From a virus, in the IMG/VR virus record IMGVR_UViG_3300029709_000126, positions 1 through 6,229 of that record: DNA of 6,229 nucleotides, one strand, 5' to 3'. Every line of letters starts with the position of its first letter. The first letter of the stretch is position 1. Below, one piece after another: positions 5,746-6,229 of the stretch. Made by a program: the position numbers and the translations under genes. The notes under the pieces are model-generated. The model was not told the DNA's origin. It did no database searches and worked only from the letters and a program-made list of their open reading frames with translations.

Positions 5746-6063
5746 CTAATAAATTTTATAGATTTGAAAATATAAAGTTTCTTTAAATAAATTCCTTATG
5801 GTTGCTACTATTACTCTAATTTCCTTTTTTGAGTAGCCTGTTATTGTTTCGGGAACATTGTATCTGTGTTTCCCTAATAAATCGGCTACCCACAAATGTC
5901 GTGAATTGCTGTGTGTAATGGTTTTAATTATTTTAAAATTATCATAAATATCTTGATAATAATGACATCTTCTGCTGGCTTCTTCTTCGGTTTTTCCGCT
6001 TATGAGAGCTATGTACTTTTCATCTTTATTGAACAAAATGTGTGATACTTTTTTTCTTTCCAT
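5746..6063 (-). CDS. Hypothetical protein, first gene of the operon (105 aa from ATG 6063). The longest ORF version starts at ATG 6132 (128 aa).
   Basis: A Bacteroides-type promoter (TTTG 6120-6117 and TAtcTTTG 6096-6089) lies inside the 6132-start version and 25 nt upstream of the 6063 ATG (MERKKVSHILF...), so I prefer the shorter start. The predicted alpha/beta pattern is 'VSHILF', 'YIALISG', helix 'TEEEASRRCHYYQDIYDNFKIIK', 'HLWVADLLG'. No known family recognised. The TAG stop is at 5748-5746. Confidence 0.6.
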   Translation of the reverse strand: MERKKVSHILFNKDEKYIALISGKTEEEASRRCHYYQDIYDNFKIIKTITHSNSRHLWVADLLGKHRYNVPETITGYSKKEIRVIVATIRNLFKETLYFQIYKIY

Positions 6064-6088
6064 AATCTTGTGTTTTTTTGTTACAATA

Positions 6089-6120
6089 CAAAGATAATAC
6101 AGAAAGTCCCCTTTTCCAAA
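6089..6120 (-). promoter_or_regulatory. Bacteroidetes sigma-A-type promoter: -33 TTTG (6120-6117), 20-nt spacer, -7 TAtcTTTG (6096-6089).
   Basis: On the minus strand the sequence reads 'TTTGgaaaaggggactttctgtatTAtcTTTG', which matches the Bacteroides consensus (TTTG, 19-21 nt, TAnnTTTG). It is the only TAnnTTTG on the coding strand that has a correctly spaced TTTG. It sits in the only sizeable non-coding gap upstream of the gene array. No gene in the genome has a Shine-Dalgarno sequence. Confidence 0.5.
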
Positions 6121-6152
6121 TAAATATCCCATTTTAACATATGTAATTAACG

Positions 6153-6229
6153 TTTTTAACGTCCGCTGGTACTATTGCGCGCAAGCCTGCAAGGCTTACA
6201 GCGAGTAGGCTCCGCCGTAGCGAGCGTAC
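6153..6229. repeat. Terminal redundancy, copy 2 of 2 (duplicate of 1-77).
   Basis: Exact 77/77 identity with the window start. The sequence after 6152 simply re-enters the genome at position 1. Confidence 0.9.

Noticed and set aside
6120-6165. A dif-like XerC/D recombination site at the genome junction ('ATATGTTAAAAT' on the reverse strand).
   Set aside because: Only about 9 of 11 positions match the XerD arm, with no convincing central region or XerC arm. I cannot recall the Bacteroidetes dif consensus precisely enough to judge further, so it is kept only as a side note in a finding.
1-6229. The terminal direct repeat as biological att sites, or LTR-like or DTR packaging ends.
   Set aside because: The repeat is exactly 77 nt. 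The window contains nothing but one phage genome between the copies, with no flanking host genes. Microviruses are circular ssDNA, so a k-mer assembly overlap is the parsimonious explanation.
1-6229. A CRISPR array, integrase or transposase genes, toxin-antitoxin or defence-system genes.
   Set aside because: There is no array of regularly spaced repeats and no ORF large enough, or with tyrosine- or serine-recombinase or DDE motifs. The genome is fully accounted for by microvirus genes and small ORFs.

Overview
This window is one complete circular genome of a small ssDNA phage of the family Microviridae. The unit length is 6,152 bp, because positions 1-77 are repeated verbatim at 6153-6229. 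That exact 77-nt terminal redundancy is what a circular contig from a k=77 de Bruijn assembly looks like; it is not a biological repeat. The window shows the reverse complement of the coding strand, so every credible gene is on the minus strand and forms a single tightly packed unit. In transcription order (high to low coordinate) the unit is: a Bacteroidetes-type promoter (TTTG-N20-TAtcTTTG, 6120-6089), four small genes of unknown function (105/128 aa; 72 aa with one transmembrane helix; 92 aa; 83 aa acidic), the major capsid protein VP1/F (693 aa), a 111-aa protein, a terminator-like hairpin with a U-tract plus a perfect 9-bp palindrome, the DNA-pilot/minor capsid protein VP2/H (378 aa), the rolling-circle replication initiator VP4/A (366 aa), a weak terminator, and a roughly 150-bp GC-rich island (about 57% GC by my count, 11-160). 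That island is packed with hairpins and an 11-bp direct repeat in an otherwise AT-rich genome. Gene junctions are 1-2 nt spacers or overlaps (TAG-a-ATG, TAA-tt-ATG, ATGA, TAA-t-ATG), and no gene has a Shine-Dalgarno sequence. The large VP1 with insertions, the lack of SD sequences, the AT-richness and the promoter motif together point to a gut-type, Alpavirinae-like microvirus of a Bacteroidetes host. This is inference, not a database result. The least explained parts are the GC-rich structured island (candidate origin or single-strand initiation site, or alternatively a GTG-initiated very basic J/VP5-like ORF), the internal attenuator/palindrome before VP2, and the four uncharacterised small proteins, including a candidate single-gene lysis protein. 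There is no CRISPR array, tRNA, rRNA or integrase/transposase.
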